Part shown: piece after piece, positions 38,081-48,968 of the stretch
Numbering within the stretch: the first letter of the stretch is position 1
How the letters are laid out: every line of letters begins with the position of its first letter
Translations under genes and position numbers: made by a program
The notes under the pieces: model-generated
What the model saw: the letters and a program-made list of their open reading frames with translations, nothing else
The model's database searches: none
What the model was told of the DNA's origin: nothing
IMG/VR virus record: IMGVR_UViG_2576861188_000003
Origin: an uncultured virus (IMG/VR IMGVR_UViG_2576861188_000003)
Lineage: Duplodnaviria > Heunggongvirae > Uroviricota > Caudoviricetes
Length of the DNA stretch: 64,000 nucleotides
Direction: 5' to 3' (one strand)

Positions 38081-39470
38081 ACGATCCCTGTTCCTGATTT
38101 AAAGCCTTTTCCGTTTGTTTCTGATTCCAGATGCTACTCGCTGGCATTTCTACACGAACGCTGACGAACTGATCAGCCGGGATATCAACCGGCTCGCCAT
38201 CTGCCAATCCAGCACGCTCATTCCTGGCAAATGCTGGCGCTGAAGGATGTTCGCGGTGATAGGTTTTTACCAGCACAGAGCCGTCGGCGTTAACCTCGTA
38301 GTCCAGCCATATCAGCGGTTGCTTATTCCTGTCCGTGGGAATCTCAAAACCTCCGTCGATACCGCCCCAGGCAGCGTCTGAATTGAGCGCTTCGCAACCT
38401 TCAATCAGATATTGGCCAACATCCAGACGAACGACAGTAACCCCTTCTGATTCGTCGTTAGTTTCATATCGTCCATCGCCATAAATTTTCACAACAGGAG
38501 ACGCTACTTTAATAAAACCGTTACTGTCAACAGTGGTATTTCTGGTATCACGAGTAGTTACCATTGGGGTTAGCGAGCCATTAAACACCCCCTGCCAGCA
38601 TAAACTTCCTGAATTACCGGTTATTGCGTACGGTACAAAAAACATAGTTCGACTTTGTTGATTACCTAGACTCAAGCTTTGAGCGTAGGCATACCCTGTC
38701 CCGTTTTGTGAAGGATTTGGCCCTCCGGTATTTAACGTGTAGTCGCTTGCTGACGTACACCAGCCATTCCATATAGTAGTTAAAAAATTAAAGCCTGGAA
38801 CTGCACTTCCAGCTACCGGGAAAGAGGATGAAAAGTCAGGGTAAATCAGCTTTTGTTTAAGTGGATAAATATTGCCCGCCTCAGAACCGATCACCAGTCC
38901 AAGGTTAGTGCGTGCACCTGCTGCGGTTTTTGATCCTGTTCCCCCCTGCTCCACAGACAAAGCCGTAGTTAGTCCTGTAATGGAGGTAATGTCACTGTTT
39001 TGCCCTTTTGCCGCCTTCCCGGATAGCTCATCAGAAATGCCAGAGACGGCATCAGAAATTCCCGAGATGGTATTAGAAATGCCATTCCACGCAGGGCCAG
39101 TCCATTTCGTTCCATCCGGCAGTGTGACCGTTACACTGCCGGTTCCAGAAAAAATGCTTTGCCAGTTCTGTTTGTCGTAATTCAGTCCACGCAGCGCTTC
39201 AGCACTTTGTGCCACCAGCGCAGCAGTAACCATGTTCAGCGCCACACGGGGAACAGCTGACCAGGCCGCGCCGGATTGCGTTGGCCCGGTAAAGTTGCTG
39301 ACCAGCGTCAGCTGGGTATTGCTCTCGACTGATTTCACCGGCAGTGTGTACGGCACACCGCCCACAGTCGAAACGATGAAATCACCAGCGGCCAGCTCTA
39401 CGGTGAATGAAGTTCCGGTACCGCCAACAACAGCGGACCCGTTTGTCAGGGTGATAGTGCCTGCTGACAT
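38079..39470 (-). CDS. Side tail fibre protein
   Basis: MSAGTITLTNGS; GGTG....AAGARTNLGL; C-terminal NTTVDSNGFIK.ASP domain. Confidence 0.85.
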   Translation of the reverse strand: MSAGTITLTNGSAVVGGTGTSFTVELAAGDFIVSTVGGVPYTLPVKSVESNTQLTLVSNFTGPTQSGAAWSAVPRVALNMVTAALVAQSAEALRGLNYDKQNWQSIFSGTGSVTVTLPDGTKWTGPAWNGISNTISGISDAVSGISDELSGKAAKGQNSDITSITGLTTALSVEQGGTGSKTAAGARTNLGLVIGSEAGNIYPLKQKLIYPDFSSSFPVAGSAVPGFNFLTTIWNGWCTSASDYTLNTGGPNPSQNGTGYAYAQSLSLGNQQSRTMFFVPYAITGNSGSLCWQGVFNGSLTPMVTTRDTRNTTVDSNGFIKVASPVVKIYGDGRYETNDESEGVTVVRLDVGQYLIEGCEALNSDAAWGGIDGGFEIPTDRNKQPLIWLDYEVNADGSVLVKTYHREHPSAPAFARNERAGLADGEPVDIPADQFVSVRVEMPASSIWNQKQTEKALNQEQGS

Positions 39471-39517
39471 GATGGACTCCTGAATTCAGATATTAAAAAA
39501 CCCGCCAAAGCGGGTTG

Positions 39518-40471
39518 TCAGTAAATTGCATCAATGATGGGGATAGAGAGGCTTGTCAGCCGTCGCCCTACCACACTGTACTGCGATGTCCATGAAGCGG
39601 CATTTCTTCCCCTTCCGGCGCGCACCAGATTGCCGCTGCGGATAAGACCAGCCCATTTCAGATAGTCCCAGCCGGTGTAAACTTCACTGTTATAGCCATA
39701 GCGGCCAAGCAGTATCATGCGATCGCCGATGTCTGTATTTCCCCATGACGGCGCGTAGGTCTGGTTCCGGTAGACAAACGGCCGGCGCGTGGTGGAGAAC
39801 ACGCAGACACCACCCTTAATGATATTCAGGCCTCTCCCCGGAGTCGGGCTTACGCCACTGGCAAAAATAGCGATCTGCATGGTAACGGTCGCATCCTGAT
39901 CGAGGCCTGCATGGTCGATTGTCGCAATAATATTCGAACCGTCGAATTCGATGGTGACGTTATCAGCACTCCATTTTGCAAACACCATATAGCGGTCGCG
40001 TGAGATATTTGTCGTCGGTGTCGCCCAGCGACCGGTGAATGTGACAGTGCCGCGCCAGACGCAGTAGCCAGACATCGTGGCATCAGTGATAGAAAGGAAA
40101 TCCGTGCTGTCCTGAATCAGAAGCCCTCTCCCGGATGAGGCAGGGAGTATTTGCCAGATAGATGCGTCAAAGGTTTTTGCGCGACCCCAGTTATCACTCC
40201 ACCAGGTATTCATGGTGATGGTGTTACCTGATACGGTAAATCCATCCAGCATGCCGATCGTGGGAATGAGGTTTGTACCCCTGTTAAGTTTGTAAACGGT
40301 ATTACGCGGGATAACGACGATCTGGCTGCCATCCACCCGCTGATTTATCGTGTACTGGTTAACATCCCATGCTTCGCTGACGTTCTGGCAAAACGAAGGG
40401 CAGCGAAGCCCGGCAGTTATTTCCATTGCCGGGCCGCCATCGGCGTAGGTAATACGCAATCCTTTTGGCAT
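39518..40471 (-). CDS. Tail-tip associated protein (DUF6453-like)
   Basis: Beta-rich 317 aa directly after J-like gene. Confidence 0.6.
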   Translation of the reverse strand: MPKGLRITYADGGPAMEITAGLRCPSFCQNVSEAWDVNQYTINQRVDGSQIVVIPRNTVYKLNRGTNLIPTIGMLDGFTVSGNTITMNTWWSDNWGRAKTFDASIWQILPASSGRGLLIQDSTDFLSITDATMSGYCVWRGTVTFTGRWATPTTNISRDRYMVFAKWSADNVTIEFDGSNIIATIDHAGLDQDATVTMQIAIFASGVSPTPGRGLNIIKGGVCVFSTTRRPFVYRNQTYAPSWGNTDIGDRMILLGRYGYNSEVYTGWDYLKWAGLIRSGNLVRAGRGRNAASWTSQYSVVGRRLTSLSIPIIDAIY

Positions 40472-40473
40472 AG

Positions 40474-43182
40474 TTACCACTCTCCAAGAACAATCAGGTT
40501 ACCGCCGCCGAGATCAATTTTTACGCCCTTCCCGTCAATGGTGACGCCATTACCGTTCCCGGTGAACGCGAAATTACCGCTGGCGGCATACAGCGCGCCG
40601 TGCATCTCGCAGTTCCCTGATTTATCAATGTTCCAGCCTGCTCCGCCTGGACCAGCGACATAGTTTGTTGATCGGATGTAATTCCCAATCTTCGCGTTAG
40701 TAATGCTGCCATCCTGGATAAAGGCATCACGGATGAACACCTGACCGTTATAGACAAAAAATGCAGCCTGGTAATTTCCCGGATCGCTTCCCGAGTAGAT
40801 GCCAAACTGATCGGCAGCAAAGACCACTGTAGATTTATAGGTACCGCCGGATGGCTCAATCGACATGCCAAAACCAGTGTTGTATTTAACGCCATTACGA
40901 ACGATCCCAAGGTTCAACGTATACGATGCCTTTGCGGTTCCATCACTGTTCACCTCTGCCGTCATTTTCTGGTTAACCGCGGCGGTTAAATCCCCGACCT
41001 GCGCCTGAACGTACTCTGACAAATCAGCAAGAGCGTGATCCACTTCAGCAACTGTGGTTTTAACAACCAGAACATCAGCGCGCACTTCACCTAACTGCTG
41101 GTACTGATGTTCAACCGTACCGTGATTAGCCAGGGCATTCTGCATGGCAGCTTCAAGATTGGTGTCCACACCTTCCGAGATATTTTTAAAAGCATCAGAA
41201 TCCCGAACAGAATCATCAATGATGTCGATGAGTTCACCGGTATCTGTCTGGCACAGCGCGGCCACCTCGACGAAGGCAGACGCACCAAACGCGTTGATGG
41301 TTCTGATATACCAGTAATAGGTATGCCCGTTTTTCAGGTTATGGCTGGTCCATGTCGTGCTCATGCCCGCGCGCGTAGCTCCTGACTCCACTGTCGCCGT
41401 ATCAGCGTTGGCAAGCGGTTGTTCCCCGGAGGTCCAGAAATCGAACTGGGTGGAGACGTTCGTCACCGCTGCGAGGCGGGGAATAAGCATCACGGCAAAA
41501 AATGCCTGCTCCACCGTAACACCTGACGGCGGAGGTGGTGCCTCAATGCTGAATTCAAGATATGCCTCAGGAGACGCCGCGCCCATCTGATTAACGGCTG
41601 TGACGTGAGCGGTGTATGTGTCCTGCAGCAAACCGGTTAATCGCGTGAACGAGCCGGGAACCTGAGCTGTCAGCACCGGCTGTCCATTCCTGCGGATGAC
41701 CACCTGGTTATAGACAAACTGCCCGATGTTCTGCCAGGAAAGCACGCCCTGCACCACCTGACCTATTTCCTCTACGGTGTATCGCAGGTTCTGAGGCTGA
41801 GCCACTCCACCGGGAGGGAGCTGGGTAAAATCAGGACGATCGATCGGCTTACCAATGGCATCACCCCACACGTCAGCGGTTTCCTGCTTCAGCGTAATCT
41901 GTACGCCGTTCTGCACGCCAAATTTCCAGTCTGTCACGCGCATCTCAACGTTAACGATCCCAAGTGAGGGAAAATTAACTTTTACGTACATACCGGGGCG
42001 GTACCGGTACCCACTGAGGTTCAGCGTGAGATTCATTGTGCGGGAAATGCGGGTCCGCTTGAGCTTGATGTCCGCCAGGCGCTGGGCCTGAAATTCAGAC
42101 GTAACGAAACGCAGCTTAAGATCCTGCGATATCTCCACGCCGTCTTCGGTTACCCACTCGCTCACAGATACTGAGGGGAAATCGGCTTCAGAGTATGTCT
42201 GTTTAGGATCGACAAACGTACCGCTGATGGTGTTAACGCGCTCTGACTGTGACACCTCAGGCATGATCTCGATATCACCGGCCAGCTGACTCTCGGTAAT
42301 AACTTCGGTTGCGGGGCCATAATACGCGCCAACGAGGATGCCATGTTTACCAGCGATGTAGGTTGGCTCTGCTGCGCCAGCTGTCAGCATCGCCTCAAGA
42401 ATGCTCGCCTTATTTTCGCTGAGGTCAAATTCTCCGTTCAGCATGTAGCGTTTTTCCGTCGTGCCGTCGCCGTTTGTCACCAGCTCGTCGCAGATGTTGG
42501 CCGCCTCCTGAAACTGATCCCAGTTAATATCAGCATCAGCGACTTTCAGGTAACTCCGGTAATAGTCCAGCACACACAGCGCCAGATTGTTGCTGTACTC
42601 CGTGCGGCCGGTGCGCGGGTCGTATACTTTCCGGCCCGTCTTCTCAACCTTCACATTCGGGATGCCAGACGGGAATTTTTCAGCGCTGTATTTCAGAGAC
42701 AGGCGCAGCCAAGAAATTCCTTTGCCGATCATGTCATTTTTCCATGACGGGCACTTTGCCAGCATAAAGGGGTCAGCCGTCTGGCGATCGATATGCACTT
42801 CATAGGTGGCAGATTCGCCATAAGAGCCGATATCATCATCGCCAAGGTAAATTGTACCTGTGCCTGAAATGGGGTGCCCTGCCAGGGTGATGGCCAGATG
42901 AACCCATTCACCATCAATCTGCTCGCCGGACTGTTCTTCAGCAAAAAAAAGTGTGCCAGCAGAGACTGTCCTGCCATAGACAACCGTTTTAGGGCTAGCG
43001 GCCGCACGCAGCACCTGCTTACGTTCTGCTGTGTCCCGATAAGAGCCCAGCGAGGGCTTCTTGGTCATCATTTGTGTGGCGACCTGCGCGGCAATAGTGA
43101 TAGCCATTGCGATCGCGTAGGCCCCATTGGCTGCGGCGGCACCAGCGGCTACCGTAGCTATGATAGGAATTGCAGCAGGCAT
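40474..43182 (-). CDS. Central tail tip / host-specificity protein (J-like)
   Basis: VVYGRT, GRKVYDPRTG, FN3-like YYWYIRTIN, C-terminal GQVFIRDAFIQDGSITNAKIG. Confidence 0.88.
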   Translation of the reverse strand: MPAAIPIIATVAAGAAAANGAYAIAMAITIAAQVATQMMTKKPSLGSYRDTAERKQVLRAAASPKTVVYGRTVSAGTLFFAEEQSGEQIDGEWVHLAITLAGHPISGTGTIYLGDDDIGSYGESATYEVHIDRQTADPFMLAKCPSWKNDMIGKGISWLRLSLKYSAEKFPSGIPNVKVEKTGRKVYDPRTGRTEYSNNLALCVLDYYRSYLKVADADINWDQFQEAANICDELVTNGDGTTEKRYMLNGEFDLSENKASILEAMLTAGAAEPTYIAGKHGILVGAYYGPATEVITESQLAGDIEIMPEVSQSERVNTISGTFVDPKQTYSEADFPSVSVSEWVTEDGVEISQDLKLRFVTSEFQAQRLADIKLKRTRISRTMNLTLNLSGYRYRPGMYVKVNFPSLGIVNVEMRVTDWKFGVQNGVQITLKQETADVWGDAIGKPIDRPDFTQLPPGGVAQPQNLRYTVEEIGQVVQGVLSWQNIGQFVYNQVVIRRNGQPVLTAQVPGSFTRLTGLLQDTYTAHVTAVNQMGAASPEAYLEFSIEAPPPPSGVTVEQAFFAVMLIPRLAAVTNVSTQFDFWTSGEQPLANADTATVESGATRAGMSTTWTSHNLKNGHTYYWYIRTINAFGASAFVEVAALCQTDTGELIDIIDDSVRDSDAFKNISEGVDTNLEAAMQNALANHGTVEHQYQQLGEVRADVLVVKTTVAEVDHALADLSEYVQAQVGDLTAAVNQKMTAEVNSDGTAKASYTLNLGIVRNGVKYNTGFGMSIEPSGGTYKSTVVFAADQFGIYSGSDPGNYQAAFFVYNGQVFIRDAFIQDGSITNAKIGNYIRSTNYVAGPGGAGWNIDKSGNCEMHGALYAASGNFAFTGNGNGVTIDGKGVKIDLGGGNLIVLGEW

Positions 43183-43580
43183 CAACTAACCCTCCAGGTG
43201 CTCAGGGGCTTAACCCGAAGGCAAACCAGACCTGTTTCTCCCGGCACCCATACGGCGCCACCGTAAATTACCCCGGCGCATCGGGTGCCAGCGTTCTCCA
43301 CGACCGCGATATCGCCGCGCTGAGCCATTTTCACTGGCACCTCTTCGAGGTATTTAGCCAGCACTTTTTCAAGCGAACCGCCGCCGCGTAGCAGTGCCTT
43401 TTTTGCACCTGTTTCGCTGTCGTAGGTTCCGCGCCAGCTGGCGGCAAAACTATCCCCTGTCATCGCTTCGGCACAGTCTGCCGCAAACAGGCAGCAGTCA
43501 TGTTCTCCCCATAAAAAAGGCCGCTTTTCAGCGGCCCTTATCACGGCGATTAATCTGTTATGCCAGTCTGGATGCTTCAT
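43182..43580 (-). CDS. NlpC/P60-like tail tip protein (DUF6950-like)
   Basis: PFLWGEHDCCLFAADC; AQRGDI. Confidence 0.75.
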   Translation of the reverse strand: MKHPDWHNRLIAVIRAAEKRPFLWGEHDCCLFAADCAEAMTGDSFAASWRGTYDSETGAKKALLRGGGSLEKVLAKYLEEVPVKMAQRGDIAVVENAGTRCAGVIYGGAVWVPGETGLVCLRVKPLSTWRVS

Positions 43581-43586
43581 GTTTCC

Positions 43587-44171
43587 TCACGAATAGGTAA
43601 ATCCTGGCGCATCTTTTTTGCTGCCCCAGTAAATTGAACGTTCTGCCATCTGGGCGACGTAACGAAATATGCGATCGCCTGGCTGGGTGGCCTGGTGTGA
43701 CTCGTCGGTATAACGGTCCGGGAACGGTCGCTGCCAGTCCTCAAAAATATTACTGACGGTGTACTGCAGGGCATTCGTTTCACCCGCCGTTGCCCCAGTG
43801 CCGGAAATACGACCCTTAAAAATCAGGTCTGCCACTTTAACGACACCGTTATCATCCATCGCCACCAGATACAGCTCAGCAGATCTTCCCACACAGCGCT
43901 CGTTGAGGGTTTTAGCAAACAGTGACATGTCCAGGCCAGATAGCGTCATCCTGAGCTGCGTTGGACTTGTCGTGTTGGTTTCGCCTACATCGTCGATTGC
44001 GCCCATCGTACCCATGCCGTAATAAACATAACCGCCCAGCACCAGCGTGCCGGTGCCAGAGTGTACGTAGGCGGTACCGGATTCAAACTGGACATTAGCC
44101 GCCAGCACGGCGGTAACCCTGTCGCGGGATAGCCAGTCCACCATCGAATCAGAAAACGGGGAATACAGCAT
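43587..44171 (-). CDS. Minor tail protein
   Basis: Position between distal tail and NlpC-like genes; coupled start/stop. Confidence 0.7.
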   Translation of the reverse strand: MLYSPFSDSMVDWLSRDRVTAVLAANVQFESGTAYVHSGTGTLVLGGYVYYGMGTMGAIDDVGETNTTSPTQLRMTLSGLDMSLFAKTLNERCVGRSAELYLVAMDDNGVVKVADLIFKGRISGTGATAGETNALQYTVSNIFEDWQRPFPDRYTDESHQATQPGDRIFRYVAQMAERSIYWGSKKDAPGFTYS

Positions 44172-44764
44172 CAGAAAGCCTCCTCAAACTCAAGGGCATA
44201 GCTGGTAAATACGCCAGGAATGCGATTGCCCGCGCCCTGCTGGTTATCTTTTAGCTTAAATATTCCATATGGCTTAGCGACTTCGATTTTGCCGTTAGCA
44301 GGGGGAGAAGCTCTCAGCATAGGCGCAAAGGGAATAACGGCAGTTCCTGAGGCAGAGCTGGTCACATCAGCGGTGACCATCTTCAGCTCGTCGTTAACGG
44401 TAATATAATCACCGGTGCGCAGCACCACTTTGCCAGGTGTCCAGCCCTTGCTGCCAAGTTGAATGCCAGTTTGATTCGCATCCGAAACAATCGGGTTACC
44501 CGCGGGAGTTCGCCCCTCACGGCCCCAGTCTCTGATTTTTACCCTACCAAACTCACCGTCGAGCGAGGCCACAAGCGAATCTATGCGCCGGGATTTGTCA
44601 TCGGTGAGATTGTTAAAGGTCAGGGAACAGATCCAACGGGTGCCGGGGAAGCGAACGGTCTGAGAAGCACCGTTAAAGGGAGAGCGAAATGTTTTGGTAT
44701 TACTTTCCGGCCGCCACGTCAGCGACGCGGGGCATATATCAGCAGGCCATTCTAATACAGCCAT
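44171..44764 (-). CDS. Distal tail-like protein
   Basis: Follows tape measure; FRSPFNGASQTV. Confidence 0.7.
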   Translation of the reverse strand: MAVLEWPADICPASLTWRPESNTKTFRSPFNGASQTVRFPGTRWICSLTFNNLTDDKSRRIDSLVASLDGEFGRVKIRDWGREGRTPAGNPIVSDANQTGIQLGSKGWTPGKVVLRTGDYITVNDELKMVTADVTSSASGTAVIPFAPMLRASPPANGKIEVAKPYGIFKLKDNQQGAGNRIPGVFTSYALEFEEAF

Positions 44765-44780
44765 AATTAATCACTCCTTC

Positions 44781-47700
44781 TTAAACTCCAAGCATTCGAC
44801 GGCCCTGCCCATTAGTCTGGAAATCACTCAGCATGTCCTGACGCGCCTGTTTCGCGCCGTCTCTTGCACCCTTGGCTGCCGCCTGTTCCATTGCCTGATT
44901 TAGAGCCGTGTCGCCATTACCAGAAACGTTGATGTGCTGGGTAATATGGACGGCCCCGCTGCCAGCAGGTGTTGTTTTGGCTCCGGTTACCCTGACTCCA
45001 AGTGAACCATCTGCAGAGCGAGTGAGTGGCATGATCGCTTCAGGTCCAGCCTCTCCCATCAGCCCAGCACCTTTCGCAAAAGCAAAATAAGTCGGTGATC
45101 TGACAATACTGTTACTGTGCGCGCTGAGGCTGGCGGAAGCATAAGTGCCACCTTTTGCGTTAAGCTGGAGATTAGATGCTGCTGAGTTGTATGCTCCAGA
45201 AGGCGTCGAGCCACCTCCTCCAACAGCACCAGAACCGCCAAAAAGTCCACCGAAGAGACCACTGCTCCCCATTGAGGACTGCAGTGAATTGACGATCATG
45301 GCGTTAAGAATAATCTTCTGCATGGATGCCAGCACTGATTTTGACCAGTCCTCCCAGTCAACTTTGTTTCCAGCCAGCGCTTCAGAGATATTCCCCACCA
45401 GCCCTGACATGCTGTTGTTCACAAGATCAGCGGATTGCGAGGCGTAATCTGAAGCAGTATCTGCCCAGTTAGCAAAGCCCTCACGCATCCCGGCTGCCCA
45501 ATTGCTTCTCTGGGCATCAGATGCAGCATAGTACCCTTCCTGATCACGCAGACGCTCGTCGAGGTAACGCTTGTTCAGTTCTAGCTCCTGCCTGAACAGG
45601 TCTTCAGAGATATCGCCAGCCTGAAACTGCCGCTGAAGATCCACATTTTTATGCTGGAACTCTTCCCTGATACGCAGCATTTCCTGCATTCTCTCGCGCA
45701 TACGGCTACCCTGCCCGTATCCTGTGAGTTCTGCCTGGTTTGAAGCCCGGGAGCTGGCATTAGCATCGGCAAGGTTTGCCTCATACGCCGCTAGTTGTTC
45801 CCTGATTTTCCGCTGATCAATAAGCGCTGCATTTTGCAGTAGAGTTTGCTTCTGGGCCTCCGTCAGAGTAACAAGTTCACCCTGGCTTACCTGATATTTA
45901 ACCTTTGCCAGTTCGGTATTTTGCCCTTGCAGGGCAATCTGTTCCTTCTGTTGTTTGATCAGGCGCTTATAGACATCCTCTGTTTTTTCGCCTTCGCTTT
46001 TGCCGCCTTTCGGCTTAGGTTTGTTGGCATCATTATTTCGCCATTCCGACAGACCGTTGTTAATCAACTCCTGACGGCCTGTCTGGAATTGCGGATCACT
46101 GGTTAACCCCAGGTCATCGGCTGCATAACTCAGACGCAGGCGCTCTTTGGCCTCACCCTTCAGGCGTGACAACTCAAGATCCCGACGGCTCTTTTCGAGG
46201 GCATCGGTTTGCTTTTTGTCGAGGTCGGCCTGAGGAAGTCTGAGAGGGACGTTCGCCAGCCCTTGCCGGGCCATTAATAGCTGATTTCCCAGCCCCAGCA
46301 GACGGTTAAATTCAGTATGCTGACCATTCATCATGATCATCGACTGATATACCGCATTCTGTCGCCAGGCTTGTTCGCGTATTAAATCATTGCGACGTCG
46401 CTCAATTTCTTCGAGAGCCTGCTGTATGCCGCGAGATTTATCTCGCATGTCATTTAATTTTCCCTCTTCAACAGCAAGTTGATCCGTAACGATAGCTATC
46501 GCTCTCAGTATATTTGCATCGTTCTCGCTGGTAATGCCCGGTTTTCCACGCGATGCATTCAAATCGTCGATCTGGTTCTTCAGCTCACCAACCTTTTTGG
46601 CTTGCTCATCAACCAAACGATTTTGCTCTACCAGAGCACCAACAGTTCTCCCCCTATTGTCGTCTGTTTCAGACAAAGACATGCGGGAAGTTTTTTCTCG
46701 TATTTCGTCGATTTGACTGGCGTATTCCTGGGCAGAGCGACGTGCCTGCTCCTGGTTTTGATACATCGCATACCAGGCTCCAGCACCCAACATAACTAAA
46801 CCAGGAACTCCACCGATGAGACCAAGTGCACCACTCATGAGCCGAGTGCCGACGGATGTCACGCTATTGAGATTGCTTTGAGCCGAAACACGGTTTGCAA
46901 GGTTCCGGTTTAAGGAAGCCTGGGTCGCGGACAGACGCCTTTCTGCAGCAGCTTGAGCGTCAGAATTTTTTGCAGCCACCAGCCCTGCCTGTGCACGCTC
47001 AAGTGCAGTTCTGGCCCTGACTTTCTCTGTAGCAGAACCGCTGGCTAGAGCGGTAGTCAGCCTGGCCTGGGCTGCAGTGACTTTTGCTTCTGCCGCAGCA
47101 ATTTTCTCTTGCTGCGCAGCCTGAACATCTGCGCTACGCGATCTCTGTACAGCTTGCTGAGCCCTATAAACCTCCGCCCTTGAGGCGGCAACGGCAGACT
47201 GTGCAGCCTTATCCTGTGCAACGGCAAGAGCAACCTCTGACTTAGCCGCAGAAATTAGCGCGCCGGTTGCGCTCGTGGCGCTTGTTACTACTCCACTGAG
47301 ATACCTTGCCAGCCCAACGCCAACAAGTGCACCCGCCACTGTTGTGATCGTGGACATATTGTCTGCAACATCACTTAGTGCGCCACTTACTGCCGAAGAG
47401 GTAAATGAATCAAGCGTTTGGGCAACTCCGTCTAGGCCACCAGATAGCGCATCGGTAGCACCTGTAGCCTGGTTGACACCTCCAACCCATGCCATGAACG
47501 AGTTTGTGACTTTTTGCAGGGATCCGGAAACTGTTTGCGGCATGATGGCAAACTCACCCTGTAATGAGCCCAACTGGCTCATTAATGCAGGAACAACCTT
47601 ATCAATCGTAAGTTGCCCCTGGTCAGCCATGCTCTTCAGGTCTTTGCGGGCCACGCCCATTCCGGCGGCAAGTGCGCGGATAACACGATCACCTGCTTCG

Positions 47701-48275
47701 TTAACGGCGTTGAATTCTTCACCGCGAAGAACGCCCTGCGCCAGAGCCTGGCTGAATTGAGTGATAACAGAACTCGCTTCCTGAGTATTAGCCCCCGAAA
47801 GTTTAAGGCCGGTAGAAACAGCTTCGGTAATTTTCAGAACTTCGTCAGAGCTATACCCAAACTCACGCATTGAAGCAGCTGCGCGTGAAAAAAGGTTTGC
47901 GTTGTCTGAAAACGCGGTGCCAGTTCTTTGGCTGATTTCCATTAACTGGCGCTGAGAGGCAGCAAAATCATCAGCTGAAGATGATGCCTGCTTAAGACGG
48001 GCGTTTACTGAATTCCACTCATCAGCAATCTGCACGAGCTTACCAGTCGCAAAAGCGGCCGTAGCAGCAGCAGCGGCTCTTCCTGCCGATGCAAACCCAG
48101 CGGTCAGATCAGATAACGCCCTTTCGCTCTCTCGGGCGGCAGCGGCAGCCTGCCGACCGCCATTTTGCATGGTTCGGTAATAATCCTGCCCCATGCGTGA
48201 GGCGCGGGAAATTTCCGACTGGAATGACTGCGAGTTAGCGGAAATTTTGATTATTAACTCACGTAATGTTGCCAT
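44781..48275 (-). CDS. Tape measure protein, 1164 aa
   Basis: MATLRELIIKISANS; QALAQGVLRGEEFN; GLMGEAGPEAIMPL. Confidence 0.93.
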   Translation of the reverse strand: MATLRELIIKISANSQSFQSEISRASRMGQDYYRTMQNGGRQAAAAARESERALSDLTAGFASAGRAAAAATAAFATGKLVQIADEWNSVNARLKQASSSADDFAASQRQLMEISQRTGTAFSDNANLFSRAAASMREFGYSSDEVLKITEAVSTGLKLSGANTQEASSVITQFSQALAQGVLRGEEFNAVNEAGDRVIRALAAGMGVARKDLKSMADQGQLTIDKVVPALMSQLGSLQGEFAIMPQTVSGSLQKVTNSFMAWVGGVNQATGATDALSGGLDGVAQTLDSFTSSAVSGALSDVADNMSTITTVAGALVGVGLARYLSGVVTSATSATGALISAAKSEVALAVAQDKAAQSAVAASRAEVYRAQQAVQRSRSADVQAAQQEKIAAAEAKVTAAQARLTTALASGSATEKVRARTALERAQAGLVAAKNSDAQAAAERRLSATQASLNRNLANRVSAQSNLNSVTSVGTRLMSGALGLIGGVPGLVMLGAGAWYAMYQNQEQARRSAQEYASQIDEIREKTSRMSLSETDDNRGRTVGALVEQNRLVDEQAKKVGELKNQIDDLNASRGKPGITSENDANILRAIAIVTDQLAVEEGKLNDMRDKSRGIQQALEEIERRRNDLIREQAWRQNAVYQSMIMMNGQHTEFNRLLGLGNQLLMARQGLANVPLRLPQADLDKKQTDALEKSRRDLELSRLKGEAKERLRLSYAADDLGLTSDPQFQTGRQELINNGLSEWRNNDANKPKPKGGKSEGEKTEDVYKRLIKQQKEQIALQGQNTELAKVKYQVSQGELVTLTEAQKQTLLQNAALIDQRKIREQLAAYEANLADANASSRASNQAELTGYGQGSRMRERMQEMLRIREEFQHKNVDLQRQFQAGDISEDLFRQELELNKRYLDERLRDQEGYYAASDAQRSNWAAGMREGFANWADTASDYASQSADLVNNSMSGLVGNISEALAGNKVDWEDWSKSVLASMQKIILNAMIVNSLQSSMGSSGLFGGLFGGSGAVGGGGSTPSGAYNSAASNLQLNAKGGTYASASLSAHSNSIVRSPTYFAFAKGAGLMGEAGPEAIMPLTRSADGSLGVRVTGAKTTPAGSGAVHITQHINVSGNGDTALNQAMEQAAAKGARDGAKQARQDMLSDFQTNGQGRRMLGV

Positions 48276-48292
48276 CAATTTTCTCCAGGCGA

Positions 48293-48319
48293 AAAAAAAA
48301 GCCCATCAACGGGCTTTTT
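48293..48319. terminator. Moron terminator
   Basis: A8-GCCC-ATCAAC-GGGC-T5. Confidence 0.7.
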
Positions 48320-48334
48320 GTTGTGATATAAACC

Positions 48335-48628
48335 TCATGGCTTGTCTAAAAATTCTCTCAGAGCTTCCGATTTATTGCATGAATCTTTATTAATCGTCAT
48401 CCCTGCCTCTTTTTGCTTTTGACAGAAATAGTAGTAATCATCGTTTGTTTTTATATAGCCCATGAATTTAAAAAAAGCCTTTTTACACAATTCAGGATTT
48501 GCATGATCAGAGCAAATCGTAGACGTATAGCTTTGCAACTCATTTGGTTCTAATGGAGCCAGTGTTTGAGTTGCATTTGAAACACAACTGAAACCAAAAA
48601 ATAATACAAATAAGACTAGTTTTTTCAT
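48335..48628 (-). CDS. Secreted/periplasmic moron protein, 97 aa
   Basis: Signal peptide MKKLVLFVLFFGFSCVSNA; 4 Cys in mature part; AT-rich; own promoter and terminator. Confidence 0.78.
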   Translation of the reverse strand: MKKLVLFVLFFGFSCVSNATQTLAPLEPNELQSYTSTICSDHANPELCKKAFFKFMGYIKTNDDYYYFCQKQKEAGMTINKDSCNKSEALREFLDKP

Positions 48629-48656
48629 TGCCTTCACCAAATCATTAAAAAAAATA

Positions 48657-48685
48657 ATCCTATTATTTTGTAGTTCATTTGTCAC
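48657..48685 (-). promoter_or_regulatory. Moron sigma70 promoter
   Basis: GTGACA-N17-TAGGAT overlapping the stop of the T gene. Confidence 0.6.
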
Positions 48686-48960
48686 TGAGTTGCAGCTGTA
48701 AGTGCAGCCTCAAGTCCTGCAAACGGGTCCTTCGGTTCTGATTGCTCATCACCACCCCAGCGCAGGATCGCATCGTCCAGCGGTACTTTTGCCCCCTGCG
48801 AGCCGTAGATGGCAGAGACGAGCTGGGCGGCCTGAATGTCACCACGAATATCGCCAACCGGACTTTGCCTGTCGTACTCAATCCACATCAGAAGCTCGCT
48901 TGCCGTCATATTCTGCCGAAGCTCTGAGAGCGTGCGCCCCATCCGGAGCGCAAGCGACAT
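48682..48960 (-). CDS. Tail assembly chaperone T (G-T frameshift extension)
   Basis: LALRMGRTLSEL; slippery GGGAAAAG at 48987-48994 (minus). Confidence 0.82.
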   Translation of the reverse strand: MSLALRMGRTLSELRQNMTASELLMWIEYDRQSPVGDIRGDIQAAQLVSAIYGSQGAKVPLDDAILRWGGDEQSEPKDPFAGLEAALTAATQ

Positions 48961-48968
48961 CAGAAACT

